Source: the human T2T-CHM13v2.0 reference genome, Homo sapiens
Strand: one strand, 5' to 3'
NCBI RefSeq assembly: GCF_009914755.1
Contig: NC_060936.1
DNA length: 64,000 nt
This document shows, in pieces, positions 46,790 through 60,854 of the stretch. The notes beneath the pieces were generated by a model. The model saw only the letters and a program-made list of their open reading frames with translations, made no database searches and was not told the DNA's origin. The stretch's first letter is position 1; the number at the start of each line of letters is the position of its first letter. The position numbers were made by a program, and so were the translations under genes.

Positions 46790-47183
46790 GCATCAAGTCC
46801 ACCAAACTATTTCTCTCTTCTTGGACCTCCACCTAGCCAACATCTCCTACTGATAAAACTGATTTCTGGTCAATGGGAAGTGCGTGATGGTGGTGTTGTC
46901 ACCTCTATTTTGGGTTTACAAAACCTCCTGCTCAGTTCTTCCTATTCTCTCCCTTACTCCCTCCATTGGATGGCCACAGATGATCCAGTGCAGGACCCTG
47001 AGAAGCCCACAGGAGAAGAAGAATCCCTAAAGTGAGAGAAACCTGGGCCCTTGAGTGACTGCATGGAGAAGAGCCCCATCATTGACTCATGTTAGACTGT
47101 GACTGAAAAATAAACCTCTTTTGTGTTAAGCCACTGAGTTCTGTGGTTATGTGTTGCACCAATTTTCCTATTTTGGCTAACAT
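46790..47183 (+). mobile_element. Old MaLR/ERVL LTR (MLT1J-like)
   Basis: TGAGTGACTGCATGGAG..AAATAAACCTCTTTTGTGTTAAGCCACTGAG. Confidence 0.6.
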
Positions 47184-50100
47184 AATTATTCTACCTATTT
47201 TTCAGATGGGGAAAAATGAGGATTGCAGAGATGATGGTTGATCAGGAGTCTGGTTCAATGTAATGCTCTAAGCTGATTCTCTGAGCTCTGTCCTCCTTAT
47301 GTCATATTGATCCTCATGTCTGCTGCAATTCCAGTCCTCCTTCCAACAAACTCTTTTGAAATTCCCTCTCCCGGCACAGGAAAGTTTTGATTTCACTGAC
47401 GGACTTAGTTTAGGTTATTTGCACCCTTGAATTTGTCTCTGTGGTTAGGGAGATGCTATGCCCTGATTGTCTTGGGTTATCACCTTAACAAGTCATGGAC
47501 ATTAGATGAGAACAATATGTTGATTCACTTCCAAACTTGATACCGGGGGTCAGCTCTACCCATTCACATCTGATGGCTTCTGTGCTGTCTGCCCCAAGGC
47601 TTTTCTTTCTGAGGATATGCATGTGATGGAGGTGACCTTGGATGTTTATGTCACAAAGAACCTTGAGAGGGTCATCTATTACCTAAAGCAATAGGGACCA
47701 GGCTTGCTTGAGAATTTCACACAGCTCAGAGACAATGTGATGCCCAAATGGATGTTTATATTCCAAGACACGACCACCAGGCTAAACATCAGGTTCAGCT
47801 AAAGGAACTTTACAGACAGACTTGCTCCACTCCTTCGGTGACTGTCATCCAAAGGCATTCATTCTAAGGCAATTATAATTTTGCACTGTGCCTTCCTCAG
47901 AAATCTAATGTGTTTATCGCCTACTGGTGAAAGGACGTGGCTTTTATTTTAGGTGAAGAAAGAATATTAAGAACTATAAAACTCCCAGTAATTCAGAATG
48001 AGGGAGCAGAGACCCAGACCACTTACAGGCACTGCATCTGTTAGTGTTGGATTTATATTCCTGCCCTTAAGTACAGCCATAAAATACTATCTATTGGATA
48101 GTTTTATCTAAGTAGACTTTGCTTGTTCATCTCACCTGACTGATTTAAACACGAGTTAAAATTGGCATTAACTCGTGGGGGAAGATAAAATGGAGTGGCC
48201 AGTAACTGGGGACTTTTACTAGCTTCATTAGATGTCATTTTCTGAAATGATTTACTAGAGCACAGAAGAATTATTTGAGTGTGAAACTATAATAATAACA
48301 AATATCTTGTAACCTTGCTACACTTGGAATCAGAAAATTAAGATGTGCAGTTCTCTTTCCCGGTCAGTCAGGGAGAAATCACTTGCAAAGAATAACTACT
48401 TTGAGAAGAAGATCAAGTGTTCTCTTTTGGGACTCCCATGGGCAGGGCTGCCCTGTGCAGTTGTTCAGGTTGGTCACTGAATAAGGGCCCCGTGGAGACA
48501 GAGTAAGTCAGGGATGACATTTAGCCCTCACACCCTGTGTTAGATTAAAGACAGCCACATTTTTTTCCCCCACAACTTCCATGGAGAGATGAGATCTAAG
48601 ATGCATTTCCTCACATGTGGGCCAGGTTTATGATTCATTTACCCATGGACAATGTTTAAGAAATAAGCAAGAGTTGAAACCTCAAATCACACCCAAGCCA
48701 TCTATGTCCAGAACTTGGCTCTTTGCCAGAAGAATATGTTAATTGTGATATCAATTAAAATAATTCCAAAATGCGACCTTTCATCACTCTTACAATAAAT
48801 ACAAAAAGGTCAGGGAATCAGAATTAAGGGCCAAGCAGCGTTAATGGTTATTTATTCATTTATTTATTTATTTTTGGTTGTAGAAGGCTCTCATTCTAGA
48901 AAACATAATTATCATCTGCATGGGTGACATTTAATATTTTCTGCAACCTCTTGTGACATTTCCTCAGTGCAAAAAAAAGTGGTGAGTGATTACTATCTAG
49001 AGAACAATAGGACAATTGAACTAGAAATGTCAATCACAGGAAAAGGTCAATTATCAAAATATTCTAAGAACATTTTCTGGACCTTAAGGCAAAAACATTT
49101 TTGAGTTCACACCTACTGCACTTATTAGAAAACCATTTACAGCATTAAGTAACATATTAGAGTAAATTACATCTTAGACATTTGTTTTGCATCTTCTTGA
49201 TATAATACAGTAAAGTAAATGGCCCATAAAGAAGAAAAGAGTAATTTTTCAATCAGAAGATTTTAAATATGCAAACAATATTATCCATATCAGAGCATGT
49301 ACAAAAAGGAGTTAGCTGCATTTTCTTGATGGAAGTTTTACAAAGCTTTCATAGGCAGACTGATTATTTAAAATGGTTAACATTTTGTTCTATTAGATCA
49401 TATATTCTGTGTTTCTGATGATTCCCACTATTTCAGTAATAACATTATCACAAATGTTACAGGGTATGTTGGCAGAAAATAAACCCCAAAGATTTCATGA
49501 AACCTTAATAATTTGACTTGAGATTACCCTTTCAATGATGTCAGAATTTGTCCTACTTCTTTGGAGGTTATAGCTTTGTGTATTACTATTTTTAATCATT
49601 GTACTCTGTATCAATTAAAGCAAACCTAGCAATAGTAACAGATAAACTTGTACTACCAGTCAGCCCACTAAAGTGTCTTTAGAGTCCAATTGGCTGCTGG
49701 AATATGAGAGGCTCTGCTCCACACAGTCACTTAGGGATCGAGGCTTCTCCCTTCCAGTGACTGTGGAAGCCCCTAATATCTCAAAGGCAGTCTGGCTTCG
49801 TTGCACCTTGGGCCAATAGATGAAGAAAGAGTATTAGAAATATTGCATGGGAGGATATTAGGGACACACTTGGAACTCCACATAGGAATGTGCCAGATAG
49901 TTCATTAACAGGGACCAAATCATAAATCACATACTCTGCTCGCTGCAATAGAGGCCAGGAAATTTACCTGTATGTCCAGGAAGAAAGGGAATCAGATATT
50001 GTGGACATATAGCAAGCCCTAACATACACTCATTACATTTTGATAGTCCTCTTCAATTGCAAATCCAGCTTCCAAACATAGAATACAAACACCAAAAGCT

Positions 50101-50324
50101 GTATTTTTTAACCTCATTGTTACAGTTGGGAAGGAGAACGCGACTTGGGCTCTGCCAATTCGACACTTTTATGTGAGATTTTGATACGGAAACTACATTA
50201 GGAAATAACTGTGACACAGGGCGTCAGTATTGTGAAAGATGGTCACAAATGTGGTAGCATGATTCCTGGATCAAGAGTGGTGGTCTCATCTTCTCAAGTG
50301 TTACAGCCATTATGACTCCTCCTA

Positions 50325-50480
50325 CTTCAAGGCTCCTCCCATCCATGGCTCTTCCCATCCATGTCCCCTCCCATTTCATAGTCCCTCTCCTTCATGGCTC
50401 CTCCCATCCAAGGCCCCTCCCACTAATGGCCCCTCCCATTCCACAGTCCCTCATCTCCCTGGCTCCCTCCATTGTATGGC
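50325..50480. repeat. Degenerate ~16-bp minisatellite (GGCTCCTCCCATCCAT-like), about 9-10 units, within an old LTR remnant
   Basis: GGCTCCTCCCATCCAT GGCTCTTCCCATCCAT GTCCCCTCCCATTTCAT .. GGCTCCTCCCATCCAA GGCCCCTCCCACTAAT. Confidence 0.8.
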
Positions 50481-51443
50481 TGCTCTGGTTTCCTGGTCTT
50501 CCCACTTTTAATTTTTCTTTACCATGCTGGCTGGCTGTTTGAAGTGTCTCTTGGAGTTGTTTCTGGAATCTCAGGCAAACCTCTGCTACCCTTGCTTTGA
50601 CAATGCATGAGCTTCCTAATATTTCTTAATATGCCCTTTCCTGCTAAAATTAACAAGAGTGGATTTTGTTTTCTGAAATTAAAGATGCTGAATGTAATAG
50701 CCCTTTGTTTTGGAAAAACAGAAAAACAAAGACAACAAAACACACAATCTTTAATTCTGAGGTTTCACCCTGGCTTCCCTTGACAAGCAAGAGAGTTCTG
50801 TTTAAGCCACACAATATACTAGTGCTAACATTTACAAATTATAGGATTTTATCTCTAAACCATGAGATCTGATTTTTTTAATAAGTGGAAAGATTTGACA
50901 TATTTGAGAATAGATATAAGGAAATCTTCACTCATTAATGCAGCCAACATTTTTTGAATGCTTATGATTTACTAAACCTTTGTAAAAGACAGAAAACAAC
51001 TTCTAGGGTATTTTCTTTTGGTCAGGTTTTATTATCTGATACAGGCATGAGTGTTTACTCTTCTTGTGAGATAATCAATAAAGTCTTGATGGAAATGGGT
51101 ATCAATTGGTGGATTCCTGAGCCTTAAAGACCAAATAGGTTTCGCAAGGAGAGACTGTGTTGTGGAAATCGAGATGCATCATTTTCCTTTCTGAAACTGA
51201 ATCAGCAGCATTCAGATTTGTGCATTTCACTTTTGGTCATTTTCAGTGGGCTATTTCATAGAGCTCCATGAAATGACTTGATAGTAATTGAATTGCTCTT
51301 GTCCTTTGAAATAATCAGTCTCAATAATCTTAACCACTGGGGGATGGGGCAGGGGGAATCACTGGGTAACAGAAGTTCCAGGTGACAGGAGCCCCATTTT
51401 CCTCTTTAGAAGAGGTATCTCCTGGTGTTAAGGGAATGTGTTT

Positions 51444-51700
51444 GCATGTTCTCACTCATAAGTGGGGGTTGAACAATGAGAACACATGGACACAGGGAGG
51501 GGAACATCACATACCAGGGCCTGTGGGGGTGGGGAACAAAAGGAGGGAGAGCATTAGGACAAATACCTAATGCATGCGGGGCTTAAAACCTAGATGACAG
51601 GTTGATAGGTGCAGCAAACCATCATGGCAAATGGATACCTTTGTAACAAACCTGCACGTTCTGCATATGTATCCCAGAAAGTAAAGTATAAAAAAAAAAA
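51444..51700 (+). mobile_element. L1PA (7/8-like) 3' end
   Basis: GCATGTTCTCACTCATAAGTGGG..GGGCTTAAAACCTAGATGAC..GTAACAAACCTGCACGTTCTGCA plus poly-A. Confidence 0.93.
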
Positions 51701-51809
51701 TTCATGACTCAGAGCAAAAATAAAAGTAGCAAAGTTAAAAAAAAAAGGAAATTCAGATATATCAGCTTTCGAAGTGCACAGGTTCTGGGTCCTGCCATTT
51801 GGCATGAAA

Positions 51810-52024
51810 TAGAGTTTTTCAATCTCAGCACTATTGACATTTTGGGTGGCACAATTCTTTCTCCTGGTTGGTTGTTCTGTGCATCATAAAATGTTTACAG
51901 TTATCCATGCCCAACACCCACTAGATGTAAGAAGCACTCCCTTCCCAGTTATGACAACCAAAATGACTCCAGACCATCCCCGATTCTCCTGGGAGGAAAG
52001 CTGACCCCTCACTGAGGACCACTG
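51810..52024 (-). mobile_element. MER20 DNA transposon
   Basis: TCAATCTCAGCACTATTGACATTTTGGG..CCCACTAGATG..GACAACCAAAATG..GAGGACCACTG. Confidence 0.85.
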
Positions 52025-52219
52025 CCTTAGGAACTGAGGGAGTTTTGTTTTGTTGGAGTGAGACTATTTTGATAATGATCTTGTAGAGCTGAGAAATCAC
52101 ATACTCTTCAATTATTTGGAGGCATTTTGCCTAAAAAGATGAATCTGTTGTTTTCAAAGTGTCCCTATACTTTGCAAATTCACTTGAAACAATAAACTGG
52201 ACACTTAGAATGATCATTC

Positions 52220-52451
52220 AGTCCAAGTAATCATTCAAATATAATTTATTAACTTGTTTTAAACTCTAGTCCAAGTAATCATTCAAACATAATTTATTAA
52301 CTTGTTTTAAACTCTAATCCAAGTAATCATTCAAACATAATTTATTAACTTGTTTTAAACTCTAGTCCAAGTAATCATTCAAACATAATTTGTTAACTTG
52401 TTTTAAACTCTAGTCCAAGTAATCATTCAAACATAATTTATTAACTTGTTT
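52220..52451. repeat. Minisatellite, 48-bp unit x~4.8
   Basis: AGTCCAAGTAATCATTCAAACATAATTTATTAACTTGTTTTAAACTCT at 52220, 52268, 52316, 52364, 52412 (partial), with single substitutions. Confidence 0.97.
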
Positions 52452-53705
52452 GTGAAATTTATCCTTTTTTTTAACATGTATGGAAAAAACCTGGATTCCT
52501 GCATGACTGCGTGGAGTAGAAACTCCCATTCACCCTCACTGAGCCATGATGTAACAAGAATCAAAACCTTCTTGATTTAAGCCAGTGAGATAATACAGAC
52601 CTCCATGACTGAGTAATGTTACATGGTTTCAGTGTCGAAGTTGGCATTTTTATTCGGAATCCCAATAGTGTTGAAGATGTCCTAAAGCCATTTCTCAGCA
52701 GCCAGGCTGAACCTCAGTAGAATTCTCTTTAGTTTGTCAATGAGATAAAGATTTCAAATTAGTTACAAAATTTATAAAATCCAGAAATTTTATTAAAAAT
52801 CTGAACTTCCAGTATTCTGAAAAAAAAAATGGCACTGTTGGGCTCATATTCCTCTCTTATGAAAGGACTGAAGGAGAGTAATAGGTAGTCTCTAAAACAC
52901 TAAATTTCCCATCTGCTACACCAGGCCACCCTCACTCACTAGTGTCACCTTCTTTCCCTTCCGACTGTGTGACATCCACCATAGACTGACGGTGAATAAC
53001 TACTAATTCAGGATTTTCCACACTAGCAACTTGAGAAATGTTACTGGTATATCAAAATATTATTTTACCTTTTAGAAGATGTCCATGTTTGTCAATTTAG
53101 GAAATGTGGATTTTGTTCTTTATTCATCTCCTTTCCATGTCTGCATTTCTGAACACTGGCTTGTGCAAAAGCAAAGAATGATTCCACTGTTCAAATTACT
53201 TTTCTAAGAGATGTTTCACTGAAATACAGGCCTATAGCACTTCTTTCCTTTTTCTCCTGTGTGCCAAGATGGAAAAAGCAAACAAACCAACAAAAAACTA
53301 TACAGGGCCAGTATCTAACAAATGGATAATTTGTATTAAGGTTATAAATATTCTCTGTCTCTCATCCAGTGAAACCTCTATTAAGGGTTCTCTTGAAGCA
53401 TGAAATCTATCTCATTATTAACTGTTTTTAGAAATGATTTCCCTAGGGTGTCAACTTAGAACAATTTTCCTTATCAAAACCTACTTCTTTGTATCATTCA
53501 ACAATCCAATTACTTTCTTTTCACACTAATGATCTTTTAAAGGTTGTGTTTTCCTTTCAGAGATAGCAGTGAAATCCACAGTGTATTTTATTTCATGGGT
53601 GGCATCCTTTGGGGGCAGAAGAATAAGATTTCTGTGGAAACTTTCAGCTCTTTATTTAGGCTCTCCTGATTTCTCAGATTGGCTATTTAATTAAAACCTA
53701 CATTT

Positions 53706-54003
53706 GACTAGGCTCGATGGTTCACACCTGTAATCCCAGCACTTTGCGGGGCCAAGGCGGGTGTATTGCTTGAGCTCAGGAGTTTGAGACCAGCCTAGGC
53801 ACGGCGAAACCCCATCTCTACTAAAAATACAAAAATTATCTGGGTGTTGGTGGCGCGCACGTGTAGTCCCAGCTACTCAGGAGGCTGAGGCACGAGAATC
53901 GCATGAACCCAGGAGGTGAAGATTGCAGTGATCTGAGATTGCGCTACTGCACTCCACCCTGGGTGATAGAGTGAGACTCCGTCTCAAAACAAAACAAACA
54001 AAA
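53706..54003 (+). mobile_element. Alu (J/S-like)
   Basis: Two-arm Alu; TSD AAAACCTACATTT. Confidence 0.93.
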
Positions 54004-54460
54004 CCTACATTTCACTCTCCCTCTTACCCCGGCCATTATTTTACTCCTGCCTTCCTTCTTTACTTTCTTCAAACCTTTTTTCAATATTTTATTGTGTTTT
54101 CTAAGAACTACATTGTCCAATGGTAAACAATATGTGGTTCTAACTGTATAAAATGTTAGAATTAGGTCTCTTTCTTTAGCACGTGAAAAAACATCACATT
54201 ATTTCTAGATAGAAGAGACGGAATTTATTGGTTTACTAAACAAACATCCAGGGTACATTTGAGTTTCAGCTGCGGCTGTATTCAGGGGCTCAGAAGGACA
54301 TGGTTTATCTTTTTTCATCTCTAAGTTTAGTCTTCTGTTGTGTCAAATCCAAGACACACTTCTTTTGTGAAGGCAATAAGAGCCACCTGTAGTTCCTGTA
54401 AATTTAAATCTTGCAAAAATGAAAGTTATTATTTCCCCCAGAAGTCTCATACATCTGGGG

Positions 54461-55008
54461 TGTGCAGAATAGAGTTAAGCCAACTGTCCTAAGACTGCTG
54501 TCCTTGGAATGCCTTGTTTACAAGGTTGGTGCTTGGCTGCCACCTTGGAACTTGGATGTCAAGAGAGTTCCTGCCATTTCCTAATAAGAATGACTCACTG
54601 CATCAAGATTATTTATGCAAACAATGTGGTTTATGGTGACCTCCTGTATTTTGGGGGGAAGTCTAGAATTTTGATATGTGCCAGGCAGAGACTCCTAATG
54701 TAACCAGCCCTCAATAGAAACTCCAGGTGCTGATTATCTGATGAGCTTCCCTGAAAAACAACATTGTGGACATGCTGAGACATGTTCCAGAAGGAATTGA
54801 GTGCTTCCCGTATGGCTTCACTGGAAGAGGACTCTGAAAGTTTGTACCTGGCTTCCTCCTGACTTCGTCTCATGCACATTTTCCATTGTCTAATTATGCT
54901 TTGCTTTTTCAATAACCAGTCATATTCAGGGGTTGATTCTATGCTGAGTCCTGTGAATTCTTCTTATAAATTACTGAACCTGGTAGTGGTCTTGGGAACC
55001 CTGACACA
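54461..55008 (+). mobile_element. MER21-type LTR nested in an old MLT1 remnant
   Basis: TGTGCAGAATAGAGTTAA..CAAGGTTGG..GCAAACAATGTGGTTTATG..GAGTCCTGTGA..GTGGTCTTGGGAACCCTGACACA. Confidence 0.8.
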
Positions 55009-55342
55009 TTGGGATTCACTCTAATTGCAAGCAGATCCTGGGCAGGTCTAACAGGCTGTACATTCCTTAGGCCCTCAGCTGATGGCCTGTTCCCCTAGAG
55101 TAGGAATTGTGCATAGTTTCACATCAGCTGGGCACTTTGACAGGTTATTCATGTGTAATTGTCCTCAGGCTGATACAGGTGGTATGGTGAGATGTTGCTG
55201 GGCATGAGGTCCAGGAAAAGTGGTTGGCTGAGGGCAGTGTTTGCAAATATGCCAGGTGATTAATTATGTTTTAAGGTATGTTCGGGTGCTTAGGTTGGGG
55301 AAATCAGAATCTTGGTAAATTCCACTTGGCATGTGCTTAGAA

Positions 55343-55410
55343 CTGACAGGACCTCATCCTATAATTTTTGTATTTTTAGTAGAGACAGGGATCTGACAGG
55401 ACCTCATCCT
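55343..55410. repeat. 18-bp direct repeat enclosing a 32-bp antisense Alu linker fragment
   Basis: CTGACAGGACCTCATCCT [ATAATTTTTGTATTTTTAGTAGAGACAGGGAT] CTGACAGGACCTCATCCT. Confidence 0.93.
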
Positions 55411-55869
55411 GGACAAAAAGAGTGCTGTCATCATTAACCCTGAGGACATGAGATTGTCAATAAACTTCCCCCACCAAACACACGTACCTGGATATCTTCT
55501 GAAATATCTGTATATTGTGTGAGGCCATGACAATCTCCAAGATTTATATGTCAAGGTGTTACTCTCCCCAAGCCACCAACCCTCTGTTCTGAGGTTTCCA
55601 CAATCACATGTGCATTCATGAGCACAATTCTATGGCCAGACATGAGTGAAACCCTCAAAGGGATTCTGTGTACTGATTGGCTAGGGCCTGAGTCACATGG
55701 TCCACATAAGGCCTGGGGTGATGTCACCTTCCAGAGCACGTGGCCTGAGACTGGGGTGGGGGTCTGATTTATCTAAACATATTCAAGGGGCTCTGAGGTT
55801 ACAAAGGAGGATGGGAGATGAGGTGTCAAAATCATAATGCATGTTGACTTGTATGGAGCCCATCTTTTA

Positions 55870-56247
<378 letters not shown>

Positions 56248-56897
56248 TCATTTATGAAAATGGCATAGGGAGAAATTTCTCCGTGACATCAAGGAAAGCT
56301 TCCCGAAAAGGAACGGATGAGTTGAGTCTGGATGGATGACTAGGAGTGGCCAGGGAAGGGAGGGGAAGCCTGTGGGAAAAGGCATTTCTTTCAGATGCTT
56401 GCACTGAGCTTGGAGTGACAGAACACATAATGAGAAATGGCTTAAACAGCAATACCAAAGATGCTCATGAGAACAAGTCAGAGGAAGGGGATTTATCGGA
56501 ACTTTTAGTTGCTCAACTATGTCCTTTGGCATTTAAGGTCTTTCTTTTTATTCTATTTTTATCAGTCTATGGCTGCATTTGCAGGTTTTCTCCCCATGGT
56601 TGCAGGAGGCTGCCGCAGCTCCAGACAGCAGCACAGCTCACATATCATAAGGGAGCAGGGTGGGTGAAGATGAAATTTGCACGTTGCATCTTTCTTTTTA
56701 TCAGAGAAATTTTTCCCCCTAGAAGATTCTGGCAGACATCTTACATCTCATTTACCAAAAGCTAGGTCAATGTGGCTACCTGTGACTGCTAGAGAGGCTA
56801 AGAAAACAAACTTCTGTGATTTTCTTAAGAATGAGTGGGACCTGGGCCCTGCCTGCAACAAAGACAGACACTGGAATAGCATCTGTCACAGCAATTC

Positions 56898-57308
56898 GAA
56901 GAGAAAGAAAGGCGGGGAGGGAGAGCTATAGGGAGGGAGAGAGAGGGCAAGGGGGAAAAAGAGAGAGGGGGAGAAAGAGGTAGAGAAGGAGAAGAGAGAG
57001 GGAGAGAAGAGGGAGGAAGAGAAGGCAGAAAGGGAGAGGAAGTGGGGAAGAAAGAGGAGAAAAAGGGAGGTAGTTGGGGGAAGAGAGGGAGAGAGACGGG
57101 GGGAAGAGATAGGAGAGAAAGAGAGGAAGGGGAGAGAGAGGGAGAGAGGGCTAGAAAGGAGAGGAGCACAAGAGAGGGAGAGAGAGAAGGAGGGAGACAG
57201 AAGAAGGAGGAGAAAGAATGGGGAAGGAAAAGAGAGAGGAAGAGAAGAAGCGAGCAAGAGGAGAGAAGGGAAATGGAAGAAGGGAGAGAGCGAGAAGGGG
57301 AGAGAGAT
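56898..57308. repeat. GA-rich low-complexity polypurine tract (~410 bp)
   Basis: Nearly all G/A on the + strand with scattered pyrimidines. Confidence 0.95.
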
Positions 57309-57978
57309 CAAGCTGGAAATGAAAATGCATGTTGTGGCCACAGCATTACGGTACTTGGGTGCCAGGCTGCAGAACGTGTGCAGCACTTCCAAGGGAATAG
57401 GTAATATGGATATGACCATACAGACATCTAGACACATTCCCACATAACTGGTGTGTTCAAATTGTTTGTAGCTATTGCCTAGAAATAACATCTGTACTGT
57501 TGCATGTGTAGGTCTCCATGCCCTTGTATGTCATATGTGTGAATCTGCATCTGTGTGTGTGTGTGTGTGTAAGTACATGTATGTGAAGAGTGTGCTATAG
57601 AAGTCTTTGAGTTGAAGAATCTGCATTGCCAAGAAAAAAAAAATACAGAAAAGAAAAACAGGCATGATTAGTAGCCAATTTTTTTGAAAATCAGAACGAT
57701 GCCTGTACTTATCTAGAAAATTCAAATAATCGGAAAGCGTTGTTTAAAGAGAAAGGAAACAAAAAACAAGAAGTATGAAACAGTTTTTCATCCCTTCCAC
57801 ATTTCCCCTAGACCACAGGCAATCATTCTTTACTACTTTTGTACTTTAAATATTAATCTCCAGAGCTCAAAATACCATGCTTCTTTTTCTGTCTTGATTC
57901 TTTGCTAAAATAGCAAAGAACAGTTTTCCTTCTCCTTTCAGAGTTCCTTTTTCTTCAGGGTTGCTTTACTCTTTTTGA

Positions 57979-58440
<462 letters not shown>

Positions 58441-58722
58441 TGATCTGCTGGGTTGTTTCATTCCTGAAGCCTTCATGCCGGCTGCTTTAGGCATTTCTTC
58501 TTGCCTTGGTCAAATTCTTCAGAGAAGGAGCATCCGGTCTCCTGTGAGGAGGGTCTTGATCTGCCGTCATCACCCTGGAGCACGGCTGAGGAAGAGACTG
58601 TGCATCCCAGTGTTCAGTGCACCCTTGCATGTGCTCAGTATGGACGCTCATTTCCAGCCAGGCCGGAGACTTTCTCTTTGCTGTCTGCGGAGAAGAATCC
58701 AACATCAGTGAGGGCGGGTATC

Positions 58723-59306
58723 TGTTCTGTGCGGGAAACGCGCAGGGGAGAAGAAAAGACACACACACACAATACCTTTAAGGGTAAACAGCCTTTATCC
58801 CAAGTATATGGCAATACAGATACAGTAAGCAAATCATATAATAAGCAAATGATATAATACGCAAATTACAATGGGAAGGGGAGAAGGGAAAAGATGTATG
58901 TATTTACACTCACCAGCCTATGGAGGATTCACCCCCAGACCGGGAAGGAGCAGCCTGGGTTCCAGAGTCGGCCACTCGTCCGTGCACGGCCGAGGAGAGG
59001 TCTCAGGAAGCTTCGGCACAGTCTGGGACCCGAGCTCTTTTTGTAACGAGTTGTTTGGCATGAGGCCCAGTCACGAGGGCCCCTTGCGACTTGGCTCAAG
59101 GAACACAAAAAGGTCAACTCGTTTTTGCAATTGTCTATCGTTTTTCAATAACTGACGTATAGGAATACATCAAAATAGAGATTTCTCTGAAACAGCGCTA
59201 GATGAACGCCTCAAGGTGCTCACACAACCTGTTCCGGGACTTGGTGACCATTGTTTGTGTCCACTTTCAATTGAGTTCACATTTAATATTTACCTTTTCC
59301 TCCACA
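58723..59306 (-). mobile_element. LTR14-family (HERV-K14) solo LTR
   Basis: Reverse strand reads TGTGGAGGAAAAGG..TGAACTCAATTG..GGACACAAACAATGGTCACCAAGTCCCGGAACAGG..CCCGCACAGAACA; perfect TSD GTATC (58718-58722, 59307-59311); CpG-rich. Confidence 0.85.
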
Positions 59307-60759
59307 GTATCCAGGTGCCTGGAGCTGGGGAGGGGGGCAAACTCTGTGGAATAAATGTGATTGCTGTTTGACTCCCCTTCCCTCCCCACTGGTATAGGAT
59401 TTAACTTGCTGGGACCCCCCACTGTTTGCCAACTTCCGTTTCTTGTTTGTTTTTTTTATTACATCCTCTCCTTTTCCCTTTGTCTCTTGGGTTTATGACT
59501 TACAAACAGAATCAATATTTGCATTTTAGTGGTGTTTGGGAAGGAGTGGGGGGGTACAATTTGACATCTTTACTAAATGCTGATTAACCGATCTTTTTTA
59601 CAATTTCATTTGAATAATTTAATGTTATGTAGACCACAGTGTAATGGGCTACAAAATGTAAGCTTTTAATTTATTTCATCCCATATGATTACTATCAATT
59701 TCTTGATTATTCCATTATGATGCTTTCTCAGCTATTAGTGTCGTCTAACTGCCAGTAAAACAGACAAAAATTCAGCGCCAAGGGTTCAAGAAGACAAAAT
59801 CAACTCCTTTTCTTTCTTTGTTTTTTCCCTAGTAGGTATAGTTTGTTTGTAAATCAAGCTTTTATGGAAATGAAGGGGGAAAAAACAAGAACATAAAAAC
59901 CTGCTAACATTCTTTTTTCTGCCTTAACCTCCTAGGATGAATGATTCCTTGTACCCTCAATGTTTTGACCCTCAAAAAAAAATCCATTTTAACCAGGACA
60001 TCTACATAACTTTGCTCCCTGAAGTCCTATGGAGCAGAGGCAAAAGGTCAACATATTTTCATAATGTACATTTTTTCTTACGAAAACATATTTCTTGAAT
60101 GGATTTTATGCCAAGTAATAATTAGACCTAATCCCTAGGTCTTCATATGTTAACCCTGCACCATGATTAATGATTCTGTAAAAAAATAAGTAATGTTTGC
60201 ATTTTCTATACACCATCAACCCAGCAGAGGAATAAGAGAATGCTTTCAACATTTAGTTAACCCTACGAGTGAGAGAATTATTTGACTTTTAAAATTAAAA
60301 TAACTACTGCACATCTTGATTCTCATCACATTTTTCTCTTTATTACTGTTTTTATCCTGTTACCTGTCACTCGTATCACAGGAAATGATGCATCCTTTTT
60401 TTTTTTTTTTTTTTTTTTGGCTTTTCAAAAATTTTAATAGCTTATTCCCTGTTAAAGCTAAGAAATACTTGCCAGTATACCCTACCTCCCAAAGTATCAG
60501 GGATTTTTTGTTTTTTAATCCAAGAGAGATTTATGAGATCATAAAACACAATCTTTATGTTCTTTGCTTCCCTTTTCCCAAAATCTAAAATTATTCAGAA
60601 ATATTTAACCTTTTCTTGATTTGTAGCCATTACAGCTAATTGGAGGATCCTGCCATAAAATGATGGCCCTCTGTCATGTGTTGCCTACTTGTTTAATTTA
60701 GATTTGTGGTTTCTTGAAAGCCAACTGAAAGTGTTTGACCCCTCATAGGAAAATCCTGT

Positions 60760-60854
60760 TGTGAATGAGAAGGATTCCACAGATCACATACCAGAGCGGT
60801 TTTGCCTCAGCTGCTCTCAACTTTGTAATCTTGTGAAGAAGCTGACAAGCTTGG
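60760..60854 (+). ncRNA. Candidate short 5' exon of a non-coding transcript
   Basis: Unique, more GC-balanced block in AT-rich non-repetitive DNA ending at donor GG|GTGAGA; start not definable from sequence. Confidence 0.25.

Noticed and set aside
48150-48177. Hairpin CACGAGTTAA-N8-TTAACTCGTG
   Set aside because: A 10-bp stem with short loop is expected about once by chance in 64 kb; no miRNA-length stem.
56825-57491. ORFs of 201, 120 and 114 aa rich in S/L/P/F or E/R/G/K
   Set aside because: Produced by the stop-poor GA low-complexity tract.
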